DNA of 64,000 nucleotides from NCBI GenBank assembly GCA_963817895.1, contig CAWFQB010000005.1, positions 608,001 through 672,000 of the forward strand, written 5' to 3'. Position numbers and translations under genes: made by a program. This DNA is from an uncultured Chthonomonadaceae bacterium (GTDB lineage Bacteria; Armatimonadota; Chthonomonadetes; Chthonomonadales; Chthonomonadaceae). Of the stretch, positions 51,186 through 60,499 are shown piece after piece; within the stretch, counting starts at the first letter, position 1, and every line of letters begins with the position of its first letter. The notes under the pieces are model-generated. The model saw only the letters and a list, made by a program, of their open reading frames with translations, was not told the DNA's origin and searched no databases.

Positions 51186-52505
51186 TTATTTCACCGTTAC
51201 TTCAGGCGGGTCGGCGTAGCCCTGATATTGCTCGGCGATTTGGGCGGTTGTGGTGTCGCCCTCGTGGAACACGACGCGGTAGCGCAGGGTGAGGGTTTTA
51301 TCAGGAGAAAGGGTGTAGTCGCCCGCGCCCTTTGCGCCCAATCCGAAATCGTGAAGGCCGAAGGGGTTGACGGTGAACAGGCCGTAATCGCGGGCATGCC
51401 ACGTTTGCGGATGGCGCAGGTTTTGCGGATGGTCGAAAATGGCGACGCCATACGTTTTGCCGTCAATCGGGCCGTAGTTGTCTACCCACTCGTTGGGCTT
51501 GCCCCACACCTTGCTGTCTTTCAGGCCGGACGCGGATTCGATATGCCCGGTGGGAGGGTCAATATGCGTGTCCTTGCCGGGAGTTGGCGCGAACGAATCG
51601 GGAACGCGCAGGCCGAACATGCCCTCTTTGGTATCGCCGAAAATCAGGGATTCGCCATTGGGCTTGATAGCAATATCGAAATCCATGATGCGGGTTTGCC
51701 CCACGCGATAGATACGAATGGAACGTACATCGGTCGCCATCAGGTTTTTGTCGGGGCCGCGCCATACGGTGCGTGTTTGAAACGCGCCGAACAGCGGGCC
51801 ACCGGTCACGTTCTCATAGCCTCCAGCAATGGTTGTACCCAGTTTGGTTTTCGGGCCGGGAACTTCCGTCCAGAAATCAACGCCGTTGATGTCGCCATGC
51901 GTGAACCACAGGCCGCGATGGTGCGGGTGATCGTGGCTCTCGTTCGTAGTCTCTTCCAGCGGCCAGCGGCGGGTGAATGGCTTGCCATCTGAGGTGAGAA
52001 TGGGATAAAAGAAGGGCTTATTCGGGCCGCTATGTGTTGTATAGCGCGTGAATAAAGCCTTATCGTCCGCCCCCATCAGTACATCCATATCGTCGCCATG
52101 CGCCTGAACTCTCACGCCCGAACCGGGCTTGCTGACAACATTTTTCGCGGAATTGAGATGATACGTCCGCGTTGCCCCCTGCGGCAAATCTTCCACCAGA
52201 AACGTCAGCAGGATTTGTCCGTCCTGTTCGCTAACCTGCGCCGTTTCCTGCCGCTTGTCCTCGTCCTGTATCGTAACGGCGGACGCGGAAGCAAGCGCGG
52301 TCTGGTCCCCTGTCGGCAAGGCAACCGTGATGAGCGCGTTGTGATAAGCGTGGTTTTTCGCGTGAACTGTAATCATGGGCAGTTTCTCCGCAGCGCCGGT
52401 CACGTCCGCTATGCCCGCCACCAAAAGGAGTGTCAGGGGCATGAGCAGCGGGCGTGGCAAAGCCTTTCCTGAACGTTTTTCGGAACCAACGAACAAAGAG
52501 CGCAT
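51186..52505 (-). CDS. PmoA-family (DUF6807-like) secreted protein
   Basis: KPFFYPI, DHPHHRGLWFTHG, FGDTKEG and WHARDYGLF. Confidence 0.8.
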   Translation of the reverse strand: MRSLFVGSEKRSGKALPRPLLMPLTLLLVAGIADVTGAAEKLPMITVHAKNHAYHNALITVALPTGDQTALASASAVTIQDEDKRQETAQVSEQDGQILLTFLVEDLPQGATRTYHLNSAKNVVSKPGSGVRVQAHGDDMDVLMGADDKALFTRYTTHSGPNKPFFYPILTSDGKPFTRRWPLEETTNESHDHPHHRGLWFTHGDINGVDFWTEVPGPKTKLGTTIAGGYENVTGGPLFGAFQTRTVWRGPDKNLMATDVRSIRIYRVGQTRIMDFDIAIKPNGESLIFGDTKEGMFGLRVPDSFAPTPGKDTHIDPPTGHIESASGLKDSKVWGKPNEWVDNYGPIDGKTYGVAIFDHPQNLRHPQTWHARDYGLFTVNPFGLHDFGLGAKGAGDYTLSPDKTLTLRYRVVFHEGDTTTAQIAEQYQGYADPPEVTVK

Positions 52506-52586
52506 GGCATTTTTCTCCGGCTGTCGTTTGTCTGTCGTTGATGCGCCGCGTATTCACCGTGAAGCCGGTGGCTATATCCTGAAACG

Positions 52587-53309
52587 CTACTTGCGCGTAA
52601 TGATGGTTTCCGCTTCCAGATGAACCGAGGTCTGACTGTTGCCGACGCGAATGGACTGCTTCATGTCGGAACTGACCAGCGTACCGTCGCTAACCGCCAC
52701 ATAGATCGTGCCATGATTGACGTACTGTAAATCGCCCTGCCCTGTAATGGAGGCTTCCAGTTCCGCTACCTGCTGTCCGGCCACCGTTTTCAAGCCCCGG
52801 AAATAGTAGGTGCTGATGACGTCCATGGAACGCCCGTTGCGCAGCAACTTTTGCGCGACTGTGTAGCGATCTCCCACCATCATCGGGTCTGTGGAAAATA
52901 GTGGCATGCTGATGTCCAGTCGCGTGGCGTTTTTCATAAATTCCAGCAGCTTGTTTTCCGTATCCACCTGAACGGTTTCCGTCTGCTCGTCGGCGACACT
53001 TTTGCCTTTGGCGGACATAGGGCCGATAGTGATTTTCAGAGTGGCGTTGCCCTCTTTCATGCTCTGCACAACGACGGACAGAGGGCCGGACAAGACATTG
53101 TTGGCTCCCGGCCCGATCATAACCGCTCCCCCGGTAGGCTTCAGAGTGGTTCTGGTCGTATAAGCGTATTTCGCGCCCGCCGCGTATTTCGCGCGAAATT
53201 GATAAGCTTCACCCACCTTCGTTACCTGCGCGTTCGCGCGGCACATCGTTATGCCCACGCCAACCGCTAACACGGACAACAATCGCGCCCCGTTCCAGAT
53301 TCCAGACAT
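52587..53309 (-). CDS. Secreted hypothetical protein
   Basis: AAGGAG RBS, signal peptide, beta-rich 240-aa ORF. Confidence 0.65.
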   Translation of the reverse strand: MSGIWNGARLLSVLAVGVGITMCRANAQVTKVGEAYQFRAKYAAGAKYAYTTRTTLKPTGGAVMIGPGANNVLSGPLSVVVQSMKEGNATLKITIGPMSAKGKSVADEQTETVQVDTENKLLEFMKNATRLDISMPLFSTDPMMVGDRYTVAQKLLRNGRSMDVISTYYFRGLKTVAGQQVAELEASITGQGDLQYVNHGTIYVAVSDGTLVSSDMKQSIRVGNSQTSVHLEAETIITRK

Positions 53310-53677
53310 GTATAGCTCCTTTGCTCTACAGTTTGCCACGCCCGAATAGCCTCCCTCATGTTGATAGCGGCAGCAATGCTGCTGTCAATGCGAGGGGCGC
53401 GGTTCCATATCCTGATTATCAGTCCGTTTTCGCGCATCAACAGCCCTCTTCAGCGAGAGCCGCAGGGTACAGAACGGTGTTGTGTTCGGCCTGTTGAGGA
53501 ACATTTCCTGCTCATATCCATAAATCCCGCAATTTAATTGGTTTATTTGGCGGTCAGGCAGAACCTCCCCGCGCAGTTTACGTAATCAAAAAGAGAGTCA
53601 GAAACGTAATGCCCGCGCGCCGCAAGCCTTAAATGGTTCTCGCGCAAACCATAACACGAGCAAACAAGGAGAGGGAT

Positions 53678-53998
53678 ATGCCCCAGGTCACAGTGGAAGG
53701 CGAAAAAACGTTTGAAGTGGAGGCCGGCACAAAACTGGTTCTCGCGCTGGAAGATAATGGCATTGACGTGCTGCACCGCTGCGGCGGCAACGCCCGTTGC
53801 ACGACATGCCGCGTCGAAATCGTATCGGGCGATCTGCCCCCGCAAAGCGAAGAAGAGATCGAAGCCCTTGAAGAGCCGGAACTAATCGCCCAATTCCGCC
53901 TGTCGTGCCAGGTCTACGTGGAAAGCGACCTGACCGTCCGCGTCGCCAAACGCGCCCATACGGAAGGCATCACCCCCGGCCCGCGCCCCGACCCGTAA
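53678..53998 (+). CDS. 2Fe-2S ferredoxin
   Basis: CGGNARCTTC...RLSCQ. Confidence 0.93.
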   Translation: MPQVTVEGEKTFEVEAGTKLVLALEDNGIDVLHRCGGNARCTTCRVEIVSGDLPPQSEEEIEALEEPELIAQFRLSCQVYVESDLTVRVAKRAHTEGITPGPRPDP

Positions 53999-54064
53999 AT
54001 CCGTAGTTCACCACCCGCTGCGCTAGAGACACAGAGGCACAGGCGGGTGGTGAACTACGGATTT
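53997..54064. terminator. Perfect 22-bp inverted repeat between convergent genes
   Basis: AAATCCGTAGTTCACCACCCGC / GCGGGTGGTGAACTACGGATTT. Confidence 0.75.
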
Positions 54065-54465
54065 GTCACTTGATCCGCGCCGATGTTGGACAGGGCATCG
54101 GCGCGTTTGTTGAGTTCGCGGCGGACGTGGGTGACGCTGACCGTCGCGAATTGACTCAACAGCAGGCGGGCGCGCTGATAGAGCGGCAGCAGATGCTCGG
54201 CTTTTACCTTGTACTTGCCGTTGATTTGATGCGCCATCAGTTCGCTGTCGGTAAATACGGCGAGATCGTCGCAGCCGAGAGCGCGGGCCTCTTCCAATGC
54301 GCGAATCAGAGCCGTGTATTCCGCCACATTGTTCGTTGTTCGCCCCAACGGTTCCGCAACCTCTTTGACGACATTGCCCTCGCCATCCTCAATACTCACG
54401 CCGATGCCCGCCGGACCGGGATTGCCCCGCGCCGCGCCATCCACATGCGCCTTCCACTTGCTCAC
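54055..54465 (-). CDS. rnhA: Ribonuclease HI family protein
   Basis: DGAARGNPGPAG, TNNVAEY, DSEL and HVRRELNKRADALSN. Confidence 0.92.
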   Translation of the reverse strand: MSKWKAHVDGAARGNPGPAGIGVSIEDGEGNVVKEVAEPLGRTTNNVAEYTALIRALEEARALGCDDLAVFTDSELMAHQINGKYKVKAEHLLPLYQRARLLLSQFATVSVTHVRRELNKRADALSNIGADQVTNP

Positions 54466-54483
54466 GCAAAACCTCCTTCGGAG

Positions 54484-54606
54484 TAGGTTGTCAGGTTGTT
54501 AGTTGTTAGTTGTTAGGTTGAACATGTTTAGCCGTAACTGTTGAGAAACGTCGAATCCTATCTGTCTAACAACTAACAACCTAACAACTAACAACCTGAC
54601 AACCTA
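54484..54606. repeat. 7/8-mer repeat palindrome (GTTGTTA)n...(TAACAAC)n
   Basis: Right arm ends in the stop codon at 54604-54606. Confidence 0.9.
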
Positions 54607-55314
54607 CCTCTTATCCGCCAGCATCCGTTCGCAGTTTTCGCAGATGACGATTACTTTGCCTTCGCGGACGCGCAGCATGGTGTCGCGGGACAGGCCCATT
54701 TTGCAGCCGCCGCAGGCGTTGCCGTCCTGTAGCGAGACAATGGCGATGCCGTTTTTGGCGGTTCGCAGTTTCTCGTAGCGCTTGAGCAGGTCGGGAGCAA
54801 TCTCTTTTGCCTGCGCATTGCGCTGCGCCGTCAGGGTTTCCGCCTGCCCTTTGAACGTGGCGGACTGCGCCTGTGACGCGCTGGCTTTCACGTTGTACGC
54901 TTTGATCGCCTCGGAGAGCGTTTTCTTTGCGGCCTTTTCGCGGGCGCGGCAGGCTTCCACGTCCGTCAGCAGGGTTGTCAGTTTTTCGTCGAGCCGCTCC
55001 CGGTTGCGGGCCAGCATCTCGACCTCTTCCTGCATGAACTGAAGGTCTTTGGGGTTGCTGACCTTGCCGCTATACAGTTTGGTTTCCACCTCTTTGTGTT
55101 TGGTAATCACGCCGTCATGTTCCAGTTGCGTGTCTTTGTGATTGGTTTCCGCTGCCTGTAACGCGGCAAGGGCTTCATCATGCGCGGCTTTGGCCGTATC
55201 GTAGTGGGCGCGTTCTTCCTGTCCCCGGTCCTGCGCGGCGTACTGGCGCTTGATGGCATCCAGAGCGCTGTCAATCTGCTGTAAATCGTACAAAGCCAGT
55301 AGCTTTTCTTTCAT
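54604..55314 (-). CDS. Coiled-coil + C4-type zinc ribbon protein (DUF164/CT398-like)
   Basis: LYDLQQIDS, long coiled coil, CGGC...CENCERML; upstream of RNase HI. Confidence 0.9.
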   Translation of the reverse strand: MKEKLLALYDLQQIDSALDAIKRQYAAQDRGQEERAHYDTAKAAHDEALAALQAAETNHKDTQLEHDGVITKHKEVETKLYSGKVSNPKDLQFMQEEVEMLARNRERLDEKLTTLLTDVEACRAREKAAKKTLSEAIKAYNVKASASQAQSATFKGQAETLTAQRNAQAKEIAPDLLKRYEKLRTAKNGIAIVSLQDGNACGGCKMGLSRDTMLRVREGKVIVICENCERMLADKR

Positions 55315-55529
55315 TGTTTTCCTGTATCCTCAGCGCGACACGCGGCGTCCAGCATTGCGCTGTCGGGCGTGTGTGGCTCTATGGCGAGAGTTATAGGAAT
55401 ACAATTCGACATGAAAAGCGCAATCCCCTGCTTTGGCGTGAACAACAGAGCAAACAAAAAAGCAGGAACATCCAAAAGATGCTCCTGCTTTCTCATTGCA
55501 ATTGCCCTGTGGCATGGGAACAGATACGC

Positions 55530-55880
55530 TTATCGGTTCTGATCGTCATGCTTCTGGCGGTGAATGGCCTGACTTGTGTGGTTCAGCTGATGCTCCAGTC
55601 GGCGATGTTCAGCCGCGCTGATGTGTCCGCCGGTCACGCGGTCACGCGACTGATGGTAGCGGACGCGAGAATCGCGCAGGCGCATACGATTGGCTTCACG
55701 CCGGGTCAGGGAACCGCTTTTCACGCCCTGCCGAATACGCGCGTTCTGTTCTTTCAGACGCGAATTGACGCTGTGCGGATGCGGGGGCGTGGTTTGCGCG
55801 ATGGCGGGAAGCGCCATGACAGCCATGAGCGCGACGGGCGCAAGGCAGGATATACAACGGGTTACGTTTAAGGTTTTCAT
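55530..55880 (-). CDS. Small secreted Arg/His-rich protein
   Basis: Signal peptide; QNARIRQGVKSGSLTRREA...IHRQKHD. Confidence 0.7.
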   Translation of the reverse strand: MKTLNVTRCISCLAPVALMAVMALPAIAQTTPPHPHSVNSRLKEQNARIRQGVKSGSLTRREANRMRLRDSRVRYHQSRDRVTGGHISAAEHRRLEHQLNHTSQAIHRQKHDDQNR

Positions 55881-56019
55881 GTTTGGTTTCCAATCCTATC
55901 GGAAGCGGCAATGCTCCGATTTTTGATTATTCGGTTTTCAGTTTTGTTTGAACCGCTCCATTTGTGCGCGGTAGAATTAGAGACGCGACGCCCATTGGAA
56001 AGTTCAACTTTTATTTTGG

Positions 56020-57615
56020 CTACTCATCCGGTTCCGGTTTCTCCGTCTCTTTTTTGTGCTTCAGGTACGCGCTCCACAAGTCCAGACTCGGCCACACTTC
56101 GACAAACGTGTCGCTGCGGAGGTTGAACAGTTTGTTCATCAGGTGGGTTTTATCCAGTTTTTGGGTTAGTTGCTCGTCGAACTCCTGTGAGGCGAGGATA
56201 ATGGGCGCTACCGCGTCCGGGGGAACCTGATTGTAGTAGCCGATGTTGGGAAAGCGGCGCAGATACCAGGGCATGGGCCAGTAGTAGTTGTTTATCCAGA
56301 TGATTTGAATGACCGTTTGATCGCCCTGCGGATAGGGTCGGGTAATCTTTTCAATGTATTCGCCAAGCTTTGCCACATCGGGCGCGGGCTGCGCATAGCA
56401 GTAGGGATTGCGCGGGTTGTCCTGCTCCACATAACTGGTACGGTACGACTGAAAGCCGAGTTGAACAGTGGCAAGCAGCAGCAGGAACGCCAGTACCGCC
56501 TTGCCGATTCTACCCGGCACAAGTCTGAGCAGGGTTATTGCGCCGATGCCCGCCAGCAAAATCATGCCGTTGAGGAAACTCAGGACGCACCAGGGCGTTT
56601 TGTAGGGGATGAGGCTGTAAATCAGAGTTAAAATCAGCGTGTAAAAGGCGGCGAAGCGGGCGAAAACCGGACTGCCCTCCAGAAAATTGTTGCGGGCAGG
56701 AAGCAGGGCGGCAATCAGGCCGACAAGGGCAAGGCCGACAATCAGCCCTTCGCTCCAGACGGGGCCATCCGGTTGATGCGTCCATACGAGCAGATGCAAA
56801 TAGTAGAAGAAACCGTGTTTGTGCAGGCTTGTGCCACCGGCGCGATTGAGCCAGGGCGTATAGGCGCGAAGGTAATCAAAGGGGCCGCGAAGGTTGGTTC
56901 CCCACCCGGACAGGAACAGGCAGGCCACAATCAGACAGGCGGCAAGGGCGAACACAATCGGTTTGGGCTGCCACAGGGCGCGTAGATCAAGACTGCGCTT
57001 ATCCACCCGCTTTGTCCACCATACCATCAGACCACAAGCGGCGGCGGCAGAAGCAAACGCGAGAACAGCGGTTTCTTTGGACGCGATCATCAATCCGGCG
57101 CACACGCCCGCTCCCACAAGCCAGCCGGTTTTACGATTACGGGTATAGCGCCAGCCACACGCGATCATGCCGAGCGTGAAAAAGGCGAGCGGGATTTCCT
57201 GAATGAAGTAGCGGCTGTAAAACACGAAAGCGGGGGAAATGGCGGTTAGAACGCCCACGAGTAAAGCGGCCTTTTTGCCCAAACCATCGGCAAGGGGCAA
57301 GAGCCAGAGCAACATCGCCGCCCCAAACACGATAATGGGCAGGCGATAGTCGGCTTCCCGCGTTTCGGCAAACGTATGCCGATGATGCAGCCATACAGAG
57401 GGCAGAGCGGCGTAATACAGCGTCGGCCCGTGATACTCGTTGGGGTCGTACTTGTACTCGCCCTTTTGCCACAGGTCGAGAAACTTGAAAGCGTGGACAG
57501 CCTCATCGCCGTGAAATGCGCGGTTTCCCGGCTCATACAGCCGAAAGCACAATGCGCCCAGCGCAAGCAAGCAAAGCGTCAAAAGGAAGGGTTGGAACGG
57601 GGCGCGGTTCCGCAT
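56020..57615 (-). CDS. TIGR03663 / Agl23-like GT-C membrane glycosyltransferase
   Basis: FHGDEAVHA, YDPNEYHGPTLYY, YSRYFIQE, IPYKTPW and YWPMPWYLR. Confidence 0.85.
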   Translation of the reverse strand: MRNRAPFQPFLLTLCLLALGALCFRLYEPGNRAFHGDEAVHAFKFLDLWQKGEYKYDPNEYHGPTLYYAALPSVWLHHRHTFAETREADYRLPIIVFGAAMLLWLLPLADGLGKKAALLVGVLTAISPAFVFYSRYFIQEIPLAFFTLGMIACGWRYTRNRKTGWLVGAGVCAGLMIASKETAVLAFASAAAACGLMVWWTKRVDKRSLDLRALWQPKPIVFALAACLIVACLFLSGWGTNLRGPFDYLRAYTPWLNRAGGTSLHKHGFFYYLHLLVWTHQPDGPVWSEGLIVGLALVGLIAALLPARNNFLEGSPVFARFAAFYTLILTLIYSLIPYKTPWCVLSFLNGMILLAGIGAITLLRLVPGRIGKAVLAFLLLLATVQLGFQSYRTSYVEQDNPRNPYCYAQPAPDVAKLGEYIEKITRPYPQGDQTVIQIIWINNYYWPMPWYLRRFPNIGYYNQVPPDAVAPIILASQEFDEQLTQKLDKTHLMNKLFNLRSDTFVEVWPSLDLWSAYLKHKKETEKPEPDE

Positions 57616-57643
57616 AAGCGTTACAATCCATAACCAGTGTTAT

Positions 57644-57771
57644 TATTCACCACCAAGACGCCAGGAACACCAGGAGAGAAAAAGAAAAGAATAAAAAGAC
57701 GTTTCGCGACCAGTCTTAATTTGAAATTCTCTTTGTATTTCCTGATGTTCCTGGTATCTTGGTGGTGAATA
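57644..57771. repeat. 9-mer repeat palindrome TATTCACCACCAAG...CTTGGTGGTGAATA
   Basis: 14-bp perfect termini, then degenerate 9-mers. Confidence 0.85.
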
Positions 57772-57781
57772 GTCCTAACGT

Positions 57782-58501
57782 TTACTGCGCGGGGACGCCG
57801 TACACTTCCACTTCGGTGTAGCGGTTCAGTTGGTCGCGGAAGGTGCTGCCCTTGCTGTACAGGCGGACGTAACGCCCCTTTGCGCCTTTGGCGTCAATCA
57901 GTTTGCCCTCATTGGACTCGACGTATTCGCGATCCTTGCCGATGCCCTGCCCGACAAGGTTTTCCTGATCGTTGTTGAACACGGTGGTCACGCCGTCCAC
58001 GAATTTTGGATCATCGGACACCTGCACGACAACGCTGTGGTAGACAATGGGTTCCAGATGGGTGTGCCACACGGCGACATAGGAGAGCGGGGCCGACGCG
58101 CCCAGATCAATCTGTATCCACTGGGGGCGGGGCTTGAGTTCTACAGCGGCGTCTTCCCGCGCTTCCTTGTCGCCATCCGTAACCAGTTCCAGTTCGCCGC
58201 TGAAAGGCGCGGTGCTACTCGTCACTTTTTTGTGCAGAGCGAGGTTGACCGTGCCTTTGGGAACCATAGGAACGGCGCGGGGCGTTTTGGACAGCGGCTC
58301 CACTTTGGGATCAATGCCCTTGTTGCTGGCTGTACCCGCGAAAACCGCTTTCGGCAGTTTGATCGGCAGGGGAATTCTGTCGCCCGCTTGCGCGAGGGCG
58401 GGGCGCAATCCAACAAATCCGGCCACAAGCGCAAGGCCACACGCGAACGTTCCAATCGTTAATTTTACCGCGCGTCGCGCGTTCCGAGACGTAGCTTTCA
58501 T
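57782..58501 (-). CDS. Secreted discoidin (F5/8 type C) domain protein
   Basis: NLALHKKVTSS, QWIQIDLG, GRYVRLYS and YTEVEVYG. Confidence 0.85.
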   Translation of the reverse strand: MKATSRNARRAVKLTIGTFACGLALVAGFVGLRPALAQAGDRIPLPIKLPKAVFAGTASNKGIDPKVEPLSKTPRAVPMVPKGTVNLALHKKVTSSTAPFSGELELVTDGDKEAREDAAVELKPRPQWIQIDLGASAPLSYVAVWHTHLEPIVYHSVVVQVSDDPKFVDGVTTVFNNDQENLVGQGIGKDREYVESNEGKLIDAKGAKGRYVRLYSKGSTFRDQLNRYTEVEVYGVPAQ

Positions 58502-58912
58502 CAACCCGTTCTCCTTTGAATACAATGTTATCCAGTCCGCTCGATTTTGATGAAATCAACTGAAATCAACAGCAAGCGGTTCTGGAAGTTGGACACAAAT
58601 CATTGCCTGTAAAAAGGCGTATTTCAATAGTACGATAGGTAGGCGGCATTGTGACCACTACACTGTGGAGTAGTTCCTGTGAACAGCGGTCAAACCGTTG
58701 GACGCGGCTTCGGACAGGATGTTTCAGCGGAAGGCCACGCGCATCGTCCTAATTTACAAACCCTACTATTTTATACCGCATACCTGCGCGTTTTGCAGAA
58801 ATTTTCCGTTATTGAAACTATTCAGGCCCTCACCCCTGACCCCTCACACAAAACGTATTTCAAAGCGCAGCAGAAATACGCAGGTGGGGGAGGGAAATTG
58901 TAAGGAGAGATC

Positions 58913-59521
58913 ATGGGCAAAAATCGGCTGGAAGCGTTCAGCGACGGCGTTCTGGCGATCATTATTACCATCATGGTGCTGGAACTGAAGATTCCACAGG
59001 GCGCGGACTTCACCGCGCTGCGCCCCCTGCTGCCGGTTTTTCTGAGTTACGCGCTGAGTTTCGTGTACGCGGGCATCTACTGGAATAATCATCACCACAT
59101 GCTTCATCTGGTACAGCGGGTAAACGGCGCGATTTTGTGGGCTAATCTGCATCTGTTGTTCTGGCTGTCGCTGACGCCTTTTGTAACCGGCTGGATGGGC
59201 GCAAACCATTTCGCGCCCACCCCTGTGGCTTTGTATGGCGTGCTGCTGCTGATGAGCGGACTGGCTTATTTCATACTGCAAAGAACCATTGTGGTCAGTC
59301 AGGGACACGCCTCGCTGCTGGCAAAGGCGATTGGACGGGACGCGAAAGGCAAGTTGTCGCTTGTGTTTTACGCCCTTGCGATTCCTCTCGCCTATGTTCA
59401 GCAGTGGATTGCGGGCGGGTTGTACGTTCTGGTCGCCCTGATGTGGCTTATCCCCGACCTCCGCATTGAACACGCCGTTGCCTCTTTCGAGAAGACCGAC
59501 GCCGCCGACAAAGACGATTGA
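58913..59521 (+). CDS. TMEM175 (DUF1211) potassium channel family
   Basis: RLEAFSDGVLAIIITIMVLE and YWNNHHH. Confidence 0.93.
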   Translation: MGKNRLEAFSDGVLAIIITIMVLELKIPQGADFTALRPLLPVFLSYALSFVYAGIYWNNHHHMLHLVQRVNGAILWANLHLLFWLSLTPFVTGWMGANHFAPTPVALYGVLLLMSGLAYFILQRTIVVSQGHASLLAKAIGRDAKGKLSLVFYALAIPLAYVQQWIAGGLYVLVALMWLIPDLRIEHAVASFEKTDAADKDD

Positions 59522-59550
59522 GCCGTGAGAAAAGAACAACGCTGTGAACC

Positions 59551-60351
59551 TTAGCCCGCCAGTCGCTCTTTCAGGAAGGCTACGCTGCGGGGCAGAACGT
59601 CGTCGGCTTTGCCGGATAATCCGCACTCGAAAGCCATGTAGCCACCGAAGTTGACCGCTTTCAGGGCGACGAAGATGGCGCGGAAATCTATGTCGCCCGT
59701 TCCCGGTTCAAGGCGCGTGTTGTCGGCTAAATGCACATGTCCAATCGCGTCCCCCACTTCGCGCAGGGCGGCGGGGCTATCGGTTTCCTCGATGTGCATG
59801 TGGAACGTGTCCGACATCAGGCGAACGCCGGGGCTGTTCAGGGTTCGCACCACGCTTGCGCCGTCTTTTTGTCTGGGCAGGCTGTTGGACTCGTAGCGGT
59901 TGAGGGGTTCCAGCAGGATCGCCGCGCCCGCTGTTTCCGCATACGACGCAAGCGTTTGCAGCATGGCGACCAGCATTTCCCGTTCCAGTTCACCCCGCGT
60001 TTTCCACGGCGACATGTCGGGCAGGCGGTCATTGCTATTAAAAATGGGAACCGTGATGTAGCCGACGCAGCCCAACTCCGCCGCGTAATCCAACTGCTTT
60101 TTCAGCGCGTCCGCGCACACCTGTCGCTTCGCCGGGTCGCGATGTACCAGTTCCGCCGGCGCGCCCCCGCAGATGGAGGAGGCGCGTACCGGGCTGTCTT
60201 TCAGCGCGGCCTTGCGCTCGGCAAAACCCGCCGGGTCGGTCAATTTACTGCCGTTCAACTCCACGCCCTCAAACCCGTAGCGTTCCAGATTGCGCAGTTT
60301 CTCCACAAACGTATCGCCGGGTATTAGCCCTTCCTGACAGGACAATTTCAT
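59551..60351 (-). CDS. Sugar phosphate isomerase/epimerase
   Basis: EPLNRYE, DTFHMHIEE, HVHLADNTRLEPGTG and AFEC. Confidence 0.9.
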   Translation of the reverse strand: MKLSCQEGLIPGDTFVEKLRNLERYGFEGVELNGSKLTDPAGFAERKAALKDSPVRASSICGGAPAELVHRDPAKRQVCADALKKQLDYAAELGCVGYITVPIFNSNDRLPDMSPWKTRGELEREMLVAMLQTLASYAETAGAAILLEPLNRYESNSLPRQKDGASVVRTLNSPGVRLMSDTFHMHIEETDSPAALREVGDAIGHVHLADNTRLEPGTGDIDFRAIFVALKAVNFGGYMAFECGLSGKADDVLPRSVAFLKERLAG

Positions 60352-60366
60352 GGTAGGTCTCCTTAT

Positions 60367-60499
60367 TAGGGTTTTAGGGTTTTAGGGTTCTATGGGTTTT
60401 AGGTATGTTGCGTTCTCATAGCAAATCTTCTCTTTGCGAAACAGAGCGAATACTGCCTGAACACCTAAAACCCTAAAACCATAGAACCCTAAAACCCTA
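60367..60499. repeat. Octamer repeat palindrome (TTTTAGGG)n...(CCCTAAAA)n
   Basis: Both arms share the internal variant GGTTCTATGG/CCATAGAACC; right arm ends in the stop at 60497-60499. Confidence 0.9.

Noticed and set aside
51186..52505. PmoA label implying methane oxidation
   Set aside because: Soluble secreted DUF6807-type protein, unrelated in sequence to membrane pMMO subunits; no pmoB or pmoC
60367..60499. TTTTAGGG repeats resemble an algal telomere
   Set aside because: Short, internal, paired with an inverted arm and between bacterial genes; fits the local palindrome family
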